Source: the human T2T-CHM13v2.0 reference genome, Homo sapiens. From it: a DNA stretch of 64,000 bases. The DNA lies in NCBI RefSeq assembly GCF_009914755.1, contig NC_060927.1. The stretch is one strand, 5' to 3'. Shown piece after piece: positions 1 to 20,199 of this stretch. Position 1 is the first letter of the stretch; every line of letters begins with the position of its first letter. Both the position numbers and the translations under genes were made by a program. A model generated the notes under the pieces. The model was not told the origin of the DNA. It saw only the letters and a list, made by a program, of their open reading frames with translations, and ran no database searches.

Positions 1-2981
1 ATAAAACTGAAAATCAACACCAAAAGAAACATTCAGAACCATGCGAATACATGGAAATTAAATAACCTGCTTCTGAATGATCACGGGGTCAACAATGAAA
101 TGAAGATGGAAACTAAAAAATTCTTCAAACTGAATGACAATAGTGACACAACCTATCAAAAAACCTCTGAGATACAGTAAAGGTGTCACTAAGAGGAAAG
201 TTCATAGACCTAAACACCTACATCAAAAAGTCTGAAAGAGCACAAACACACAATCTAAGGTTCCACCTCAGGGAACTAGAGAAATAAGAACAAACCAAAC
301 CCAAACACAGCAGAAGAAAGGAAATAACCAATATCAGAGCAGAACTAAATAAAATTGAAGCAAAAATATAAAAAAGAGAAATGAAACAAAAAAATAGATC
401 TTTGAAAAGATAAATAAAATTGATAGATCATTAGCAAGATTAACCAAGAAAAGAAAACAGAAAATCCAAGTATGCTCAATTAGAAATGAAATGGGAGATA
501 TTACAATTGACACCACAGAAACACAAAAGATTATTTTGGCTGCTATGAACTTCTTTCTGCACATAAACCAGAAAACCTAGAGATGGATAAATTCCTGAAA
601 AGATACAACCTTCCTAACTTAAATCAAGAAGAATTAGATACCCTAAACAGACCAATAGCAAGCAGCAAGGTTGAAATGGTAATAAAAAAAATACCAACCA
701 AGAAAAGTCCAGAACCAGATGAATTCACAGCAGAATTCTACCAGACATTCAAAGAATTGGTACCAATCTTATTGACACTATTCCACAGACAGAGAAGGAG
801 GGAACCCTCCCTAAATCATTCTATGAAGCCAAGATTACTCTAATACCAAAACCAAGAGAAGACATAACCAAAAAAGAAAACTACAGACCAATATTTCTGA
901 TGAACATAGATGCTAAAATCCTTAACAAAATACTAGCTAGCCAAATACAACAACATATCAAAAAGATAATCCACCATGATCAAGTGGGTTTCATGCCAGT
1001 GATGCAGGGATGGTTTAACATATGCAAGTCAATAAAATGTGATACACCACATAAACAAAATTGAAAAAAACACATGATCATATCAATAGATGCAGAAAAA
1101 GCATTAGACAAAATCCACCATCACTTTATGCTTAAAACTCTCAGCAAAATTGGCATACAAGGGACATACTTCAATGTAATAAAATCCATCTATGACAAAC
1201 CCACAGCCAACATAATATGAAATAGGGAAAGTTAAAAGCATTCCCTCTGAAAACTGGAACAAGGCAAGGATGCCCACTCTCACCACTCCTCTTCAACAAA
1301 GTACTGGAAGTCCTAGCCAGAACAATCAAATAAGAGAAAGAAATGAAGGGCATCCAAATTTGTAAAGAGGAAGTCAAACTGTGGCTGTTTGCTGATGATA
1401 TGATTGTTTACCTAGAAAACCCTAAAGACTCCTTCAGAAAGCTCCTAGAACTGGTAAAAGAATTAAGCAAAATTTCTGCATACAAAATTAATGTACACAA
1501 ATCAGTAGTTCTCTTTTACACCAACAGCGACCAAGCTGAGAATCAAATCAAGAATTCAATCCCTTTTAAAAAAGCTGAAAAAAAAAAATCAAATAGTTGG
1601 GAGCACAGCTAACCAAAGAGGTAAAAGACCTCTACAAAGAAAGCTACAAAACATTGTTGAAAAAAATCATGGATAACACAAACAAATGGAAACAAATCCC
1701 ATGCTCATGGATGAGTAGAATCCATATTGTGAAAATGACCATACTGCCAAAAGCAATCTACAAATTCAATGCAATTCTCATCAAAATAACACCATCATTC
1801 TTCACAAAATTATTTTTAAAAATCCTAAAATTCATATAGAAGCTGAAAAAAAAAAAGCCCACAAAGTCAAAGCAACTAAGCAAAAAGAACAAATCTCGTG
1901 GCATAACATTATCTGATTTCAAACTATACTTTAATGCCTTAGTCGCCAAAACAGCATGGTACTGGTACAAAAATAGGCACATAAATGGAACACAATACAG
2001 AACCCAGGAATAGACCAAAATATTTACAACCAACTGATCTTCAACAAAGCAAACAAAAACATAAAGTGGGGAATGGACACCCTATTCAACAAATGGTGTT
2101 GGGATAATTGGTAAGCCACATGTAGGAGAATGAAACTGAATCCTCATCTCTCAATACAAAAATCAACTCAAGATGAATCAAGGACTTAAATCTAATACCT
2201 GAACCTATAAAAATTCGAGAAGATAACATTGGAAAAACTATTCTAGACATTGGCTTAGGCAAGGATTTCATGACCAAGAACCCAAAAGCAAATGCAATAG
2301 GAACAAAGATAAATAGCTGGGACTTGATTAAACTAAAGCACTCTTGCATGGCAAAGGGAACAGTCAGCAGAATAAAGAGACAACCCACAGAGTGGGGGAA
2401 AATCTTCACAATCTATACATTTGTCAAAGGACTAATATCCAGAATCTACAATGAACTCAAGCAAATTATCAAGAAATAAACAAACAATCCCACCAAAAAG
2501 TGGGCTAAGGACCCAAAGGACAATTCTCAACAGAAGATACACAAATGGCCAACAAACATGAAAAAGTACTCAATCACTAATGATCGGGGAAATTCAAATC
2601 ACAGTAACAATATGATACAACCTTACTCCTGGCAAGCATGGCCATAATCAAAACATCAAAAAATAATAGATGTTGGTATGGATGTGGTGGAAAGGGAACA
2701 TTTCTATACTGCTGGTGGAAATGTAAACTGGTCCAACCACTATGGAAAACAGTGTGGAGACTCCTTAAAGCACTAACCATAGAACTACCATTTGATCCAG
2801 CAATCCCACTACTGGTATCTACCCAGAGGAAAAGAATTCATTATATGAAAAAGATACTTGCACATGCATGTTTATGGCAGCACAATTTGCAACTGCAAAA
2901 ATGTGGACCCAATCCAAATCCCCATCAATCAACAAGTAAAGAAACTGTGATATACATACATATTGATAGATGATAGATAGG

Positions 2982-3035
<54 letters not shown>

Positions 3036-3420
3036 CACACACATATACATACAAACTGTGATATATATATGGAATACTACTCAGCCATAAAAAGGAATGA
3101 ATTAATGGCATTCACAGTGACCTGGATGAGACTGGAGACTATTATTCTAAGTGAAGTAACTCAGGAATGTAAAACCAAACTTTGTATGTTCTCACACGTA
3201 AGTGGGAGCTAAGCTATCTTGATGCAAAGGCATAAGAATGACACAATGGAGACTCATCGAGAAATGGTGGGAAGTGGGTGAGGGATAAAAGAGTACAAAT
3301 TGGGTGCAATGTATACTACTGGGGTGATGAGTACACCAAAATCTCACAAATCACCACTAAAGAATGTATTCATGTAACCAAACACACCCTGTTCCCCAGT
3401 AACTTATGGAAATAAAAAAC
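1..3420 (+). mobile_element. LINE-1, L1PB1-like: degenerate ORF2 and 3'UTR, 5' part outside the window
   Basis: ORF2 fragments in shifting frames ([43 protein letters not shown]). The 3' end GGGTGAGGGATAAAAG...CAAATCACCACTAAAGAA...ATGGAAATAAAAAA matches the L1PB-type 3'UTR as I recall it. Confidence 0.9.
2965..3043. repeat. (GATA)n microsatellite, 13 pure units at 2984-3035, followed by (CA)n
   Basis: Read directly; lies inside the L1PB 3' region. Confidence 0.97.
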
Positions 3421-3424
3421 TATT

Positions 3425-3800
<376 letters not shown>

Positions 3801-4304
3801 TGAGCTTTCTTCCAGAAATTCAAGGATAGAGCAGTATTAGGAAATCTATTAATAAAATCTACCATATAAATGGATTGAAAAACAAAAATTCCATAGAAAT
3901 CTGTGTATGTCCTAAGAAGAAATTTGAAATGACATCTGCTTTTAATAGAATACCCCAATAAAATTTATAATATAGATATTTCCTTACCATGAGGAACACA
4001 TGTGGCTATTGGGAAAATATTAATTTCTAATAAAATATGAGAAACAGAAAAATGTTTCAGAGGTCTATTAAAAGAAAAAGACATAAATAAGAGAAAAAAT
4101 AGCCAGGAGTAGATGGACAAAATATCCAGTATAAGTACTGAGAAAGAGTAGTTAACATTACCACAATTTTCAGATGATTTGAGTGATTTCCAATGGAAGC
4201 AAAAAATTTCACAAATGATAGAAAATATAGAAAGATGGCTGGATAAATATAATTACATGTTAATGTGGAATTTTATGTATAATAAATGTATAGCATATTT
4301 GTAA

Positions 4305-5975
4305 CAAAATCTCATTATTTTTCACGACTGAATAGTACTCCACTGTACCCTAAGATATTATTATTAGACAGTACTTCATTGTGCATATGTACATTTTCTT
4401 TATCCATTCTTTTGTTGGTGGACACTTAGATTGCTTACAAATCTTGGATATTGTGAATCGTGCTGCAATAAACATGGGAGTGTAGATATCTCTTTGATAT
4501 ACTGGTTTCCTTTCCTTTGGGTATATAGCCAGGAGTGGGATTGCTGGATCATATGATAGTTCTGTTTTCAGTTTTCTGAGGAACATTCATATTGTTCTCC
4601 ATAGTGTTTGTACTAGATTACATTCCCATGAACAGTGTACTAGGGTTTCCTTTTCTCAACAACATTTCCAGCATTTGTTATTGCTTGTCTTTGGTATAAA
4701 AGCTTTTTTAACTGAGATGAGATGATATCTTATTATGGTTTTGATGTGCATTTCTCTGATGATAGAGATGTTGAGCACTTTTTCATATCGTATTTGCAAT
4801 TTATATGTTTCTTTTGAGAAATATCTATTCAGATTTTTCTGAATTTTTAGATCAGATTATTCTGGTTTTCTATTGAGCTTTTTGAGTTCCTTAGTCTTGT
4901 TATTAATCCCTTCTCAGATGGATAATCTGCAAATATTATTTCATTCACTGAGAAGTCTTTTTTATTTTATTGATTGTTTTCTTTGCTATTCAATAGCTTT
5001 TTATATTGATGTCATCCCATTTTTGCTTTAAGTGCCTGTGCTTGTGGGGTATTACTCAAGAAGTCTCCCCAGAGCAATGTCCTGGAGAGATTCCCCAATG
5101 TTTTCTTTTAGTAGTTTCCTAGTTTGAGGTTTTCAATTTTTCTTCAATCTATTTAGATCTCATTTTTTTGTATGTGGTGAGAGATAGGCATCTATTTTCA
5201 TTCTTTTGCATATGATATCCAGTTTCCCCAGCAATGTTTACTGAAGATACTGTCCATTCCCCAATGTATGCTTTTGGCAGTTTTGAGATAGGCATCTATT
5301 TTCATTCTTTTGCATATGATATCCAGTTGCCCCAGCAATGTTTACTGAAGATACTGTCCATTCCCCAATGTATGCTTTTGGCAGTTTTGTCAAAGATGAG
5401 ATAACTACAGATGTATGAATTTATTTCTGGGTTCACTATTCTGTTCCATTGGTCTTTGTGTCTGTTTTTATGCCAGTACCATGCTATTTTGGTTACTATA
5501 GCTTTGTAGTTTAGTCAGATAATGTGCTTCTTCCTGTTCTGTTTGTTTTGTTCAGGATGGCTTTAGCTATTCATGGTCTTTGTGATTCCACTTAAATTTT
5601 TATTATTTTTTCTACTTTCTGAAGAATCTTATCAGTATTTTGATAGGAACTGCATTTAATTTGTAGATTGCTTTGGGTAGTATAGACATTTTAACAATAT
5701 TGATTCTTCCAATCCATGAACATGAAATGACTTTCCATTTTGGTGTCCTCTTCAGTTTCTTGCATCAGTGTTTTAGCATTTTCATAGCAAAGGCCTTCCA
5801 CTTCTTTGGTTAAGTTTATCCCTCAGTAATTTATTTTATTTGTAACTCTTGTAAACAAGATTACTTTCTTGATTTCTTTTTCAGATTGTTCATTGTTGGC
5901 CTACAGAAATGCTTTATTACAGAAATATCAGTAATATTTGCATGTTAATTTTGTATCCTGCAATTTAACTGATTT
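4305..5975 (-). mobile_element. Old LINE-1 (L1MA-like), 3' part of ORF2
   Basis: Minus-strand ORF MFLRKLKTELSYDPAIPLLAIYPKE...; antisense ORF2 motifs (CCAGTACCATGCTATTTTGG, AATCCATGAACATG). Confidence 0.88.
5181..5388. repeat. 104-bp tandem duplication (2 copies, 1 mismatch)
   Basis: 5181-5284 and 5285-5388 are identical except AGTTTCCCC vs AGTTGCCCC. Confidence 0.97.
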
Positions 5976-8900
5976 CAGAGGAGAAATATTTTTATTATTT
6001 AAAGTGTGAATAACCTCCTAAAATAGAATAAAACAAATGTTTAAAAATAATAAACTTTTTTTACATACAACATGTAATATGATACATACAACATATGTAA
6101 TATGGCGATATGAGGATGTAAAAGATTCTTAAAATAGTTACGGTCTATAAAGAAGAGAAATTACTGGCTAGATGAAATTCTTTTTTAGTACACATGTATG
6201 TAACTATTGAAAAAAAAAGTTTTTTAAGAAACAAAAATAACATAACCCGACATTTGTAAGAAAAAGTTTGAATAAACTTTCCAAGTAAAGATGAATTATA
6301 TATTATACCAAATGTAACAGGAATTGTAAAAAAGGGGAACACCCAGCAATTAAAAAGGACAAGCATAGTCTTCATGTAAATTCAGATAAGAAGACAGAAA
6401 GGTATATTAAAGGCCAATCAAACACACAAATAATTCTAGCAGACTAAATCTAGTACTTTGGATTTGTTAAATAATAAAATAATAGCATATTATTTAAAAA
6501 AGATCTATCAAAAATACAACTCAACATGTTCATTGATTAAAGGGGAAGTTCACATTATCACATAATCAGATGTAGAACGTGTTTAACAAAATTTAACTCT
6601 TGTTTTTGAGCTAATTAAACATTTTAACAGACTAGGGAATGGTAACAGTCATTGATAGTACAATGTTATTCTACTATTTTAAGTATTTATAATGAAAAAC
6701 AGGAACAATCAATGGTAACTGCTATATTACTGTCTCTTCAACATTGTACTAGAGATACTAGCCAATATAATAGGGCAAGACAAATAAATGAGTTTCAATT
6801 AGAATCTCATAAATTGCAAAATATATTGCTATTATTGTATAATGTCTTCAGATAAACTATTCTAATTATAATGAATTTTATTATAGTCATTGGATATAAA
6901 ATATATGTAATATATAAACACCTATAACATCTAATAGAAAGTGAGAAAGAATTAATATTAACAATGATGTACACATATTTAGAAATATATTATTCATAAG
7001 ATATTACAGAATCTTATAGAAAAAATAATTAGAATACTTAGAGACAGATAATGGTTCTCAAATAGATTCAGATATGTGTCAGTATAGAAAGACTCAATAT
7101 CCTAAAGATGATTTAATCGATATTAATCTATGAATGAATAAATGAATTCATAGGTTAATGAATAAATTTGGATTTAATCCAAAATAACCTATGAATAAAC
7201 TATATTTTAATCACTTTACCATAACAATTGTTTATGGAACGAGGCAAGATAGTCTTTGGAGGTAAATTGCTAAGCAGCAGGTCTGTAATTCAGTCTTTTT
7301 TCACTTGAGGATGATGCTGGTAAAGAAAGGAAATGACTACGTCTAATATCCTTATAAATGTTCTAGTGAAAACCTACATACAAATAAGGCAATGGCACTC
7401 GCTGGTGAGGAACACTTTATGCAATTATGTTTTCAGGATATACCTGGTTATCTGGGATTTCTTTTGGTGAAAAAACCAAAACCAAAACCAAACAAACAAA
7501 AACTATGTTTTAGACCAATAGGGCATGACTCTACGTAAACTGTTTAAGGATCTGAGCATAATATGGAGATATTTCATAGCTTCACATCTTGCTTAGAGAT
7601 TTATTATGTTTATCTGGGCCCAGAGAGCATTTTGATGCTGACAGAGGGAACCTGGTAGGTTCTCGATTTCTCCCTGCTTGACCTGTGCTTTGAGATTATT
7701 TATAGTCTTGAAATTTCTTATAAAATTTGATACTAGGTAAGGTTTCTGATTCATGTGAGTCTGATGTGACAGTGTGATCCTTTGTATTAACTCGAATCCA
7801 AAAATTAACATGGAGGAATAAAGAGGAAAAATAGCCCGTTAATTTCTTAAGAAGAACTAGGAATATTGATTAAAGGCATAGCCAGATATCAAAGTTCATT
7901 TTAAATCCATTGTATTTAAATCACGTAATATTGTGTGAAACAAACACAATGGAGCTAAAATAGTACTTCAGACTACATGAAAATCAGTAACTCCCATTCA
8001 TAAAAGATACCACTCACAGAGTAAAAGGTGAGTCTCAGAATGACAGAAAATATTTTCAGGCATATTTTTATTTTATTCATTTGTCTGCTCACTGAGAAAC
8101 TAAATCACTTTCGAGATTTTTTAACAAGTTCATTCTTAGACAATAGCTTACTCAATACTATACTTCTTTATGGTATATATTTGTAAAATACTCCCCTTTT
8201 AAGCCTATTGAAGAGTCTTATTTAATTTATTGAGTATTAGAAAAACACCAAATAAATTGTAAAATAATCAATGATGTTTCATCTAAAATATTTATGAGAA
8301 TTCATTTCCAACGACAAATCATAGCTGTAAGTTAAAATTTAAAAAAGATTTTCATTTCTCACAAACGTGTGTGCATGTGTGTTCTTTGAGGTATAGTTTA
8401 ATGCTTCCATGATTTGCTACATTCGGATGGTTTCCATGGAGACAATTAATTTCTGTTTAGGCTTAGGTGAGAAGGCAGGTTAATTTTAAATGAGCAGAAG
8501 AAGTGAAAATTTCATAGAACAAATAGTAACTATATCTATCTAACTGATCAATTTGAAACCCCCAGGTCAGTAAAATCTTTTTTAACCATGTTTCTTATAT
8601 TTTCTGTCCTTTTCTATATCTATCTTTTCCTCAACCACTTCTCTTCAATTTTTTATCTTCTATCTCATCCCATTTTCTTCTCCATTATTCCCTTAGTTTC
8701 ACACTGCACTTCTCTCAACTTCTTGATGAAAATTAAAAATTTAAGTATAAGTTATAATAAAGAACTGGGAAAAATAATTTTGCCTTTCTAATCTTAATAT
8801 GTTCTTGTATTGTTTATTTGGTTGTTTGTACCATTTACAATGACAGAAAATACAGAAAATCAGTGGGATTTTTTTTTTTTTTTGAATGAAGATTGCTTCT

Positions 8901-9071
8901 CTTACCTCAGTGTAGAAAAAGAGACTTCAGAGATCTACCTGGAGATCTGGATAGCGTGTGTTGGAGTTTTGAGCCCCAGGAGGTCAGACTCACTTCTAAG
9001 CAATAAGAGAAAGAGGCTGGCCACAATTCTGTGCCAGCAAAGGCGAGGTCTGCCAATTGGAAAAGAATTCA

Positions 9072-9615
<544 letters not shown>

Positions 9616-9939
9616 CTATTATTCCACATGAAACCGACTCAACTCTAAACACGTGCCTCAAGAAGTTATGACAGACACATTTCAAAGTGGACCAAGTAAA
9701 ACGGTTTGTGCTCTCTTTTATTCTCCCTTCCCATTTCAACAGTGGAGTAATCAAGAATTGAAGCTTAGTTAGGAAGCTGAAGCAAGCAGAGAAACTAATG
9801 AAAAAGTCAAATTTTGTCCCCTACTCTCAGCAGGCTTTCCACCTTCAGTGGGCCTGAGCTGGCTGAAAGAGAAGCTTTAACATTAAATTATTTCTGAAGA
9901 CTAGATATGTAAAATATCAAATTGAGACTACAGACAATT

Positions 9940-11122
<1,183 letters not shown>

Positions 11123-11819
11123 CAGACAATTCTTATGGATTGAAGGGACCAACAACTTTCTTCCTCACCTTCTTCTTCTTATTATTTGTTGCCTAAAGGT
11201 AACTAAGGAGGTGATGTTTCTTGGCTAAGTAGTTACTCAAGCACAAAGAAGGGGCTAATTTTAGAAGGAAGTTTGGAAAGAACCAGGTGATCTGAGAGAG
11301 CTGGGAGGCTAGAGTAATTTCATTATAATATCTTACTTATTCCATTCTTTAAATGTAAAGGCTCACTAAAAACACTTCAGTTCAAGCCATAAGCTCTTAG
11401 CAATCTCTAGCAAGTGTTTATCTGTTATTTTAGAATCCATTGGTTTATTTATCTAATCCCTAAATTTGGAGTCCCAGTGATGATCTAGCATCTCTTGAAA
11501 TTTAGTTATGTAGAAGTTGTTTTTACCATGCACACAGTGAAGTTTCAAGTGCTGCTATCAGGATAATTATCCTAATCTACTATTTCCATAAATATGGGCT
11601 TCCAGATAATATTTCCTTTAAGTGTTAATTTACTAACATGTAGACATATCATATAATCAATAGTCCAGCATGTTGCTGTTATACTGACAAAATGAAATTC
11701 AATATTGAAAAATCCGAAGTACAACCACTTGCATGCATAAGAAAAGGCACATTTCCAAACTAGTACTTCCAAATTCATAATTGCCTTATAAAAGAATCAT
11801 TGCTCTTTAAAGAAACAGA

Positions 11820-12290
11820 AAATCATTCAGAGTGTCTAATGAGTGAAGTGTAGAAAGTTTACTACATACAACTTATTATTAAATTAATTATGTTTCTATC
11901 AGGAAGAAAGAATTAAGAAATGAATTTCAGAAAAAGTACCATTACAAAAACATCAAATGGCTCAAAGGAATAAATTTAATAAAAGTTGTACAAATCTTCT
12001 ATCTAACTTTTAGTGTTCTTAAACTAAAATCATTAAGAAAAAGTAAAGAACATCAAAATATCATGTTCATAGATGGCACAACTCAATACTGTTATGGTAC
12101 AACTCTCCTCAAAACGATCTATAGATTTAACGCATATCAGTCAGCATCCCAGCAGAAAATTATTGAAAATTAACAAATCAATTCCAAAATGCAAAATGGA
12201 AAGCAAGAGATCAAAAATTTTCAAGGCAAACTTGAAAAAGTGGAACAAATTTAGAGCACTTACACTACAGCCTACTACAAACTAATTAAA
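11820..12290 (+). mobile_element. Ancient L1 (L1ME-like) ORF2 relic
   Basis: Translation ...SIPKCKMESKRSKIFKANLKKWNKFRALTL resembles the ORF2 'LKFIW...[19 protein letters not shown]' region. Confidence 0.6.
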
Positions 12291-12529
12291 ACACAGTTTT
12301 TACAGTCTATTTGTCCATCTAATTCTCAGTCAACTTAAAAATCTGACCTAGCCTTTTGTTGGCCCCCAAATAATTTCAAGTACATTAATTCTACATTTTC
12401 CATTGTAGAATTGATTATCCTTTGCATATTTTCATTAATTATTTGTAATATTTAAATATATTATAAATTTTTTAAAGTAGAGAAAATATTATATGTACCA
12501 GATCTCATTGACTATATTGAACAAATATT

Positions 12530-13435
12530 GGGAGGAGCCAAGATGGCCGAATAGGAACAGCTCTGGTCTACAGCTCCCAGCGTGAGTGACGCAGAAGACG
12601 GGTGATTTCTGCACTTCCATCTGAGGTACCGTGTTCATCTCACTAGGGAGTACCAGACAGTGGGTGCAGGTCAGTGGGTGCGTGTAGCGTGCGTGAGCCG
12701 AAGCAGGGCTAGACATTGCCTCACTTGGGAAGCTCAAGGGGTCAGGGAGTTCACTTTCCTAGTCAAAGAAAGTGGTGACAGACAGCACCGGGAAAATCAG
12801 GTCCACTCCCACCCGAATACTGCGCTTTTCCCACAGGCTTAAAAAACGGCCCACCAGGAGATTATATCCCGCACATGGCTTGGAGGGCCCTACGCCCACG
12901 GAGTCTCACTGATTGCTAGCACAGCAGTCTGAGATCAAACTGCAAGGTGGCAGTGAGGCTGGGGGAGGGGCGCCCGCCATTGCCTAGGCTTGCTTAGGTA
13001 AACAAAGCAGCCAGGAATCTCGAACTGGGTGGAGCCCACCACAGCTCAAGGAGGCCTGCCTGCCTCTGTAGGCTCCACCTCTAGGGGCAGGGCAGAGACA
13101 AACAAAAAGACAGCAGTAACCTCTGCAGACTTAAATGTCCCTGTGTGACAGCTGTGAAGACAGCAGTGGTTCTCCCAGCACGCAGCTGGAGATCTGAGAA
13201 TGGGCAGATTGCCTCCTCAAGTGGGTCCCTGATCCCTGACCCCTGAGCAGCCTAACTGGGAGGCACCCCCCATCAGGGGCAGACTGATGCCTTACACGGC
13301 TGGGTACTCCAACAGACCTGCATCTGAGGGTCCTGTCTCTTAGAAGGAAAACTAACAACCAGAAAGGACATCCACACCAAAAACACATCTGTACATCACC
13401 ATCATCAAAGACCAAAAGTAGATAAAACCACAAAG
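12530..13435 (+). promoter_or_regulatory. L1 5'UTR internal promoter (sense and antisense) with intact YY1 site CAAGATGGCC at 12539-12548
   Basis: CpG-rich relative to the flanks. The YY1 motif and SOX-like AAACAAA motifs (~13000, ~13101) are present. Promoter function is established for the family and untested for this copy. Confidence 0.8.
12906..12980 (-). pseudogene. ORF0: L1 antisense ORF0, truncated (MAGAPPPASLPPCSLISDCCASNQ*)
   Basis: Manual minus-strand translation from the ATG at 12980; codon 25 is TGA, consistent with CpG decay of CGA. Confidence 0.85.
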
Positions 13436-14452
13436 ATGGGGAAAAAATAGAGCAGGAAAACTGGAAACTCTAAAAAGCAGAGCGCCTCTCCTCCTCCAAA
13501 GGAACAGAGTTCCTCACCAGCAACGGAACAAAGCTGGACGGAGAATGACTTTGACGAGTTGAGAGAAGAAGGCTTCAGACAGTCAAATTACTCCGAGCTA
13601 CAGGAGGAAATTCAAACCAAAGGCAAAGAAGCAGATAACTTTGAAAAAAATTTAGAAGACTGTTTAACTAGAATAACCAATACAGAGAAGTGCTTAACGG
13701 AGTTGATGGAGCTGAAAACCAAGGCTCGAGAACTACATGAAGAATGCAGAAGCCTCAGGAGCCGATGTGATCAACTGGAAGAAAGGGTATCAGCGATGGA
13801 AGATGAAATGAATGAAATGAAGCGAGAAGGGGAGTTTAGAGAAAAAAGAATAAAAAGAAACGAACAAAGCCTCCAAGAAATATGGGACTATGTGAAAAGA
13901 CCAAATCTACGTCTCATTGGTGTACCTGAAAGTGACAAGGAGAATGGAACCAAGTTGGAAAATACTCTGCAGGATATTATCCACGAGAACTTCCCCAATC
14001 TAGCAAGGCAGGCCAACATTCAGATTCAGGAAATACAGAGAACGCCACAAAGATACTCCTCGAGAAGAGCAACTCCAAGACACATAATTGTCACATTCAC
14101 CGAAGTTGAAATGAAGGAAAAAATGTTAAGGGCAGCCAGAGAGAAAGGTCGGGTTACCCACAAAGGGAAGCCCATCAGACTAACAGCAGATCTCTCAGCA
14201 GAAACTCTACAAGCCAGAAGAGAGTGGGGGTCAATATTCAACATTCTTAAAGAAAAGAATTTTCAACCCAGAATTTCATATCCAGCCAAACTAAGCTTCA
14301 GAAGTGAAGGAGAAATAAAATCCTTTACAGACAAGCAAATGCTGAGAGATTTTGTCACCACCAGGCCTGCCCTAAAAGAGCTCCTGAAGGAAGCACTAAA
14401 CATGGAAAGGAACAACTGGTACCAGCCGCTGCAAAATCATACCAAAATGTAA
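13436..14452 (+). pseudogene. ORF1: L1 ORF1 (RNA-binding/coiled-coil protein) with a nonsense at codon 5
   Basis: ATG GGG AAA AAA TAG (stop 13448-13450). The span is 1017 bp = 338 codons + stop and is otherwise open. The 297-aa track ORF begins at TTG. Confidence 0.95.
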
Positions 14453-14500
14453 AGACCATCGAGACTAGGAAGAAACTGAATCAACTAACTAGCAAAATAA

Positions 14501-18337
<3,837 letters not shown>

Positions 18338-18806
18338 ACCATGAGAACACATGGACACAGGAAGGGGAACATCAACTCTGGGGACTGTTGTGGGGAAGAG
18401 GAGGGGGGAGGGATAGCATTGGGAGATATACCTAATGGTAGATGACGAGTTAGTGGGTGCAGCACACCAGCATGGCACAAGTATACATATGTAACTAAGC
18501 TGCACATTGTGCACATGTACCCTAAAACTTAAAGTATAAAAAGAACACAAATATTAATATGTATTAATATTGATTTTAATATTAACATTATGTTCTAATA
18601 AACATCATTTACATGTAATCACTATACCTGTCCGTATCTATCTGCACATATACATGTTTATGTATGTGTCTATATATACTAATGAGAAGAATGTAAGGAT
18701 GACACTAAATAATAAACAATGCATGATTAACTACCAAAGAATTATCTAACTCAAAATGACCCTGATACACACATCACAGATATATGTATTAATGCACGTG
18801 TGTGAA

Positions 18807-18835
18807 TATATATATGTGTGTGTGTGTGTGTGTGT
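18807..18835. repeat. (TA)n(TG)n microsatellite
   Basis: Read directly. Confidence 0.9.
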
Positions 18836-19659
18836 AAGTATAAATTCTCCAATCTCATTCCTTCTTCCCTCACCTGCCTGAAATAGCTATGTTCCTGAAG
18901 TTAATATGCACATTTATTAGTTTAAAATACTTATCTTCTTTTCTGGATCATGAGTCCCTTGAGGGCTGAGATTGTACCTAGCCAAGTCTTTGGTGTACTC
19001 CAGTATTTAACACAATAAATTCCATGCCTAGATACTTCATATATATATATTTTTTGTCTGGTTGATTAAAATTTTTTGAAATATGTAGATATTTTTCAGT
19101 ATTTCATTTTAATTTATTTACTGGCATTTTTGCTCAATCTCTGTGTTATTTTATTCATGCTCTAAAAAACTGTATTATGCATTGCGTTTCACAATCTACT
19201 TAAAGTTAAGATCGTACCGCTTCAAGATGTAGAAGACTTGCAACCTTTGATCATCCCATGGTAATTTATATTTAGTTTTTCAGGTAGGTTACATCTACAT
19301 ACATCAACACCTCTATCAACATTTGCTTTAAACTGTCATGCATAAATTAAATAACTTAAGAAATATACTTTATGTTTACACCGATACTTATCCTGTTTCT
19401 CTTTCTTCTTGAAGATACAGGTTTCCCTTCAGTGTTATTTCTCTTCAGCCTGAATAACTTTCATTATTTTTTATAGATCATATATCCTGAAAAACAATTC
19501 TCCCAGTTTTCCTTCATTTGTGAATCTTTTTATTTCATTTTCACTCACAGGTACTTGCCTTCTTGAATATTTGATTCCTGTTCAATGTAGTGAAATGGAA
19601 ACCCCTCAGAAGTTTTTTATAACCCATTAATTACTTGCTTAAAGATGTCTATTTCTTCT

Positions 19660-19782
19660 GGGATGTAAGATCACTGAGAGTAGGGTAGAGTATACTTTAC
19701 CTCCATATCTCTACTGCTTAGCACAGTGCCTGATAATTATGTGAAACTCAAAAAATAATTTGCTGAACATGGGAATGAATGA
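19660..19782 (+). mobile_element. L2 3'-end relic
   Basis: TGTAAGATCACTGAG...CTTAGCACAGTGCCTG...AAATAATTTGCTGAA...GAATGAATGA. Confidence 0.6.
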
Positions 19783-20199
19783 GACTTAGAAAAAAACAAA
19801 CGTCTAACACCAAGGCCTGGCATATTTCTACTAAGCTATTTTATGTTTATTTAGGATTTTGCCACAAAGTTGTGTTATTTGCTAGAATATAAAACACACA
19901 AACATACACATGCACAAACACAAAGAGATTTCTTCAAGTGGTTCTTCTATAGTGTTTCTGCCTGGTAAATTTTTCAATTCACCCTTTCTGCCCTCATCTT
20001 CACCTGACAACCTTACTATCACCTTTATTGAGTCACAGGAAATTGAGCATGCATTTTCATCTTTTCTTTTCCTTCTCTAACTCCTGCTATTAAATTCTCA
20101 CTGCCAAAGAATCATCTTTCCATATTTTATCGTACTGAATTGTACAAAAATTCTTAAGTAGAAGAGGAGGGCTGGTATTCCTTAGATAGCTATTTGTTG

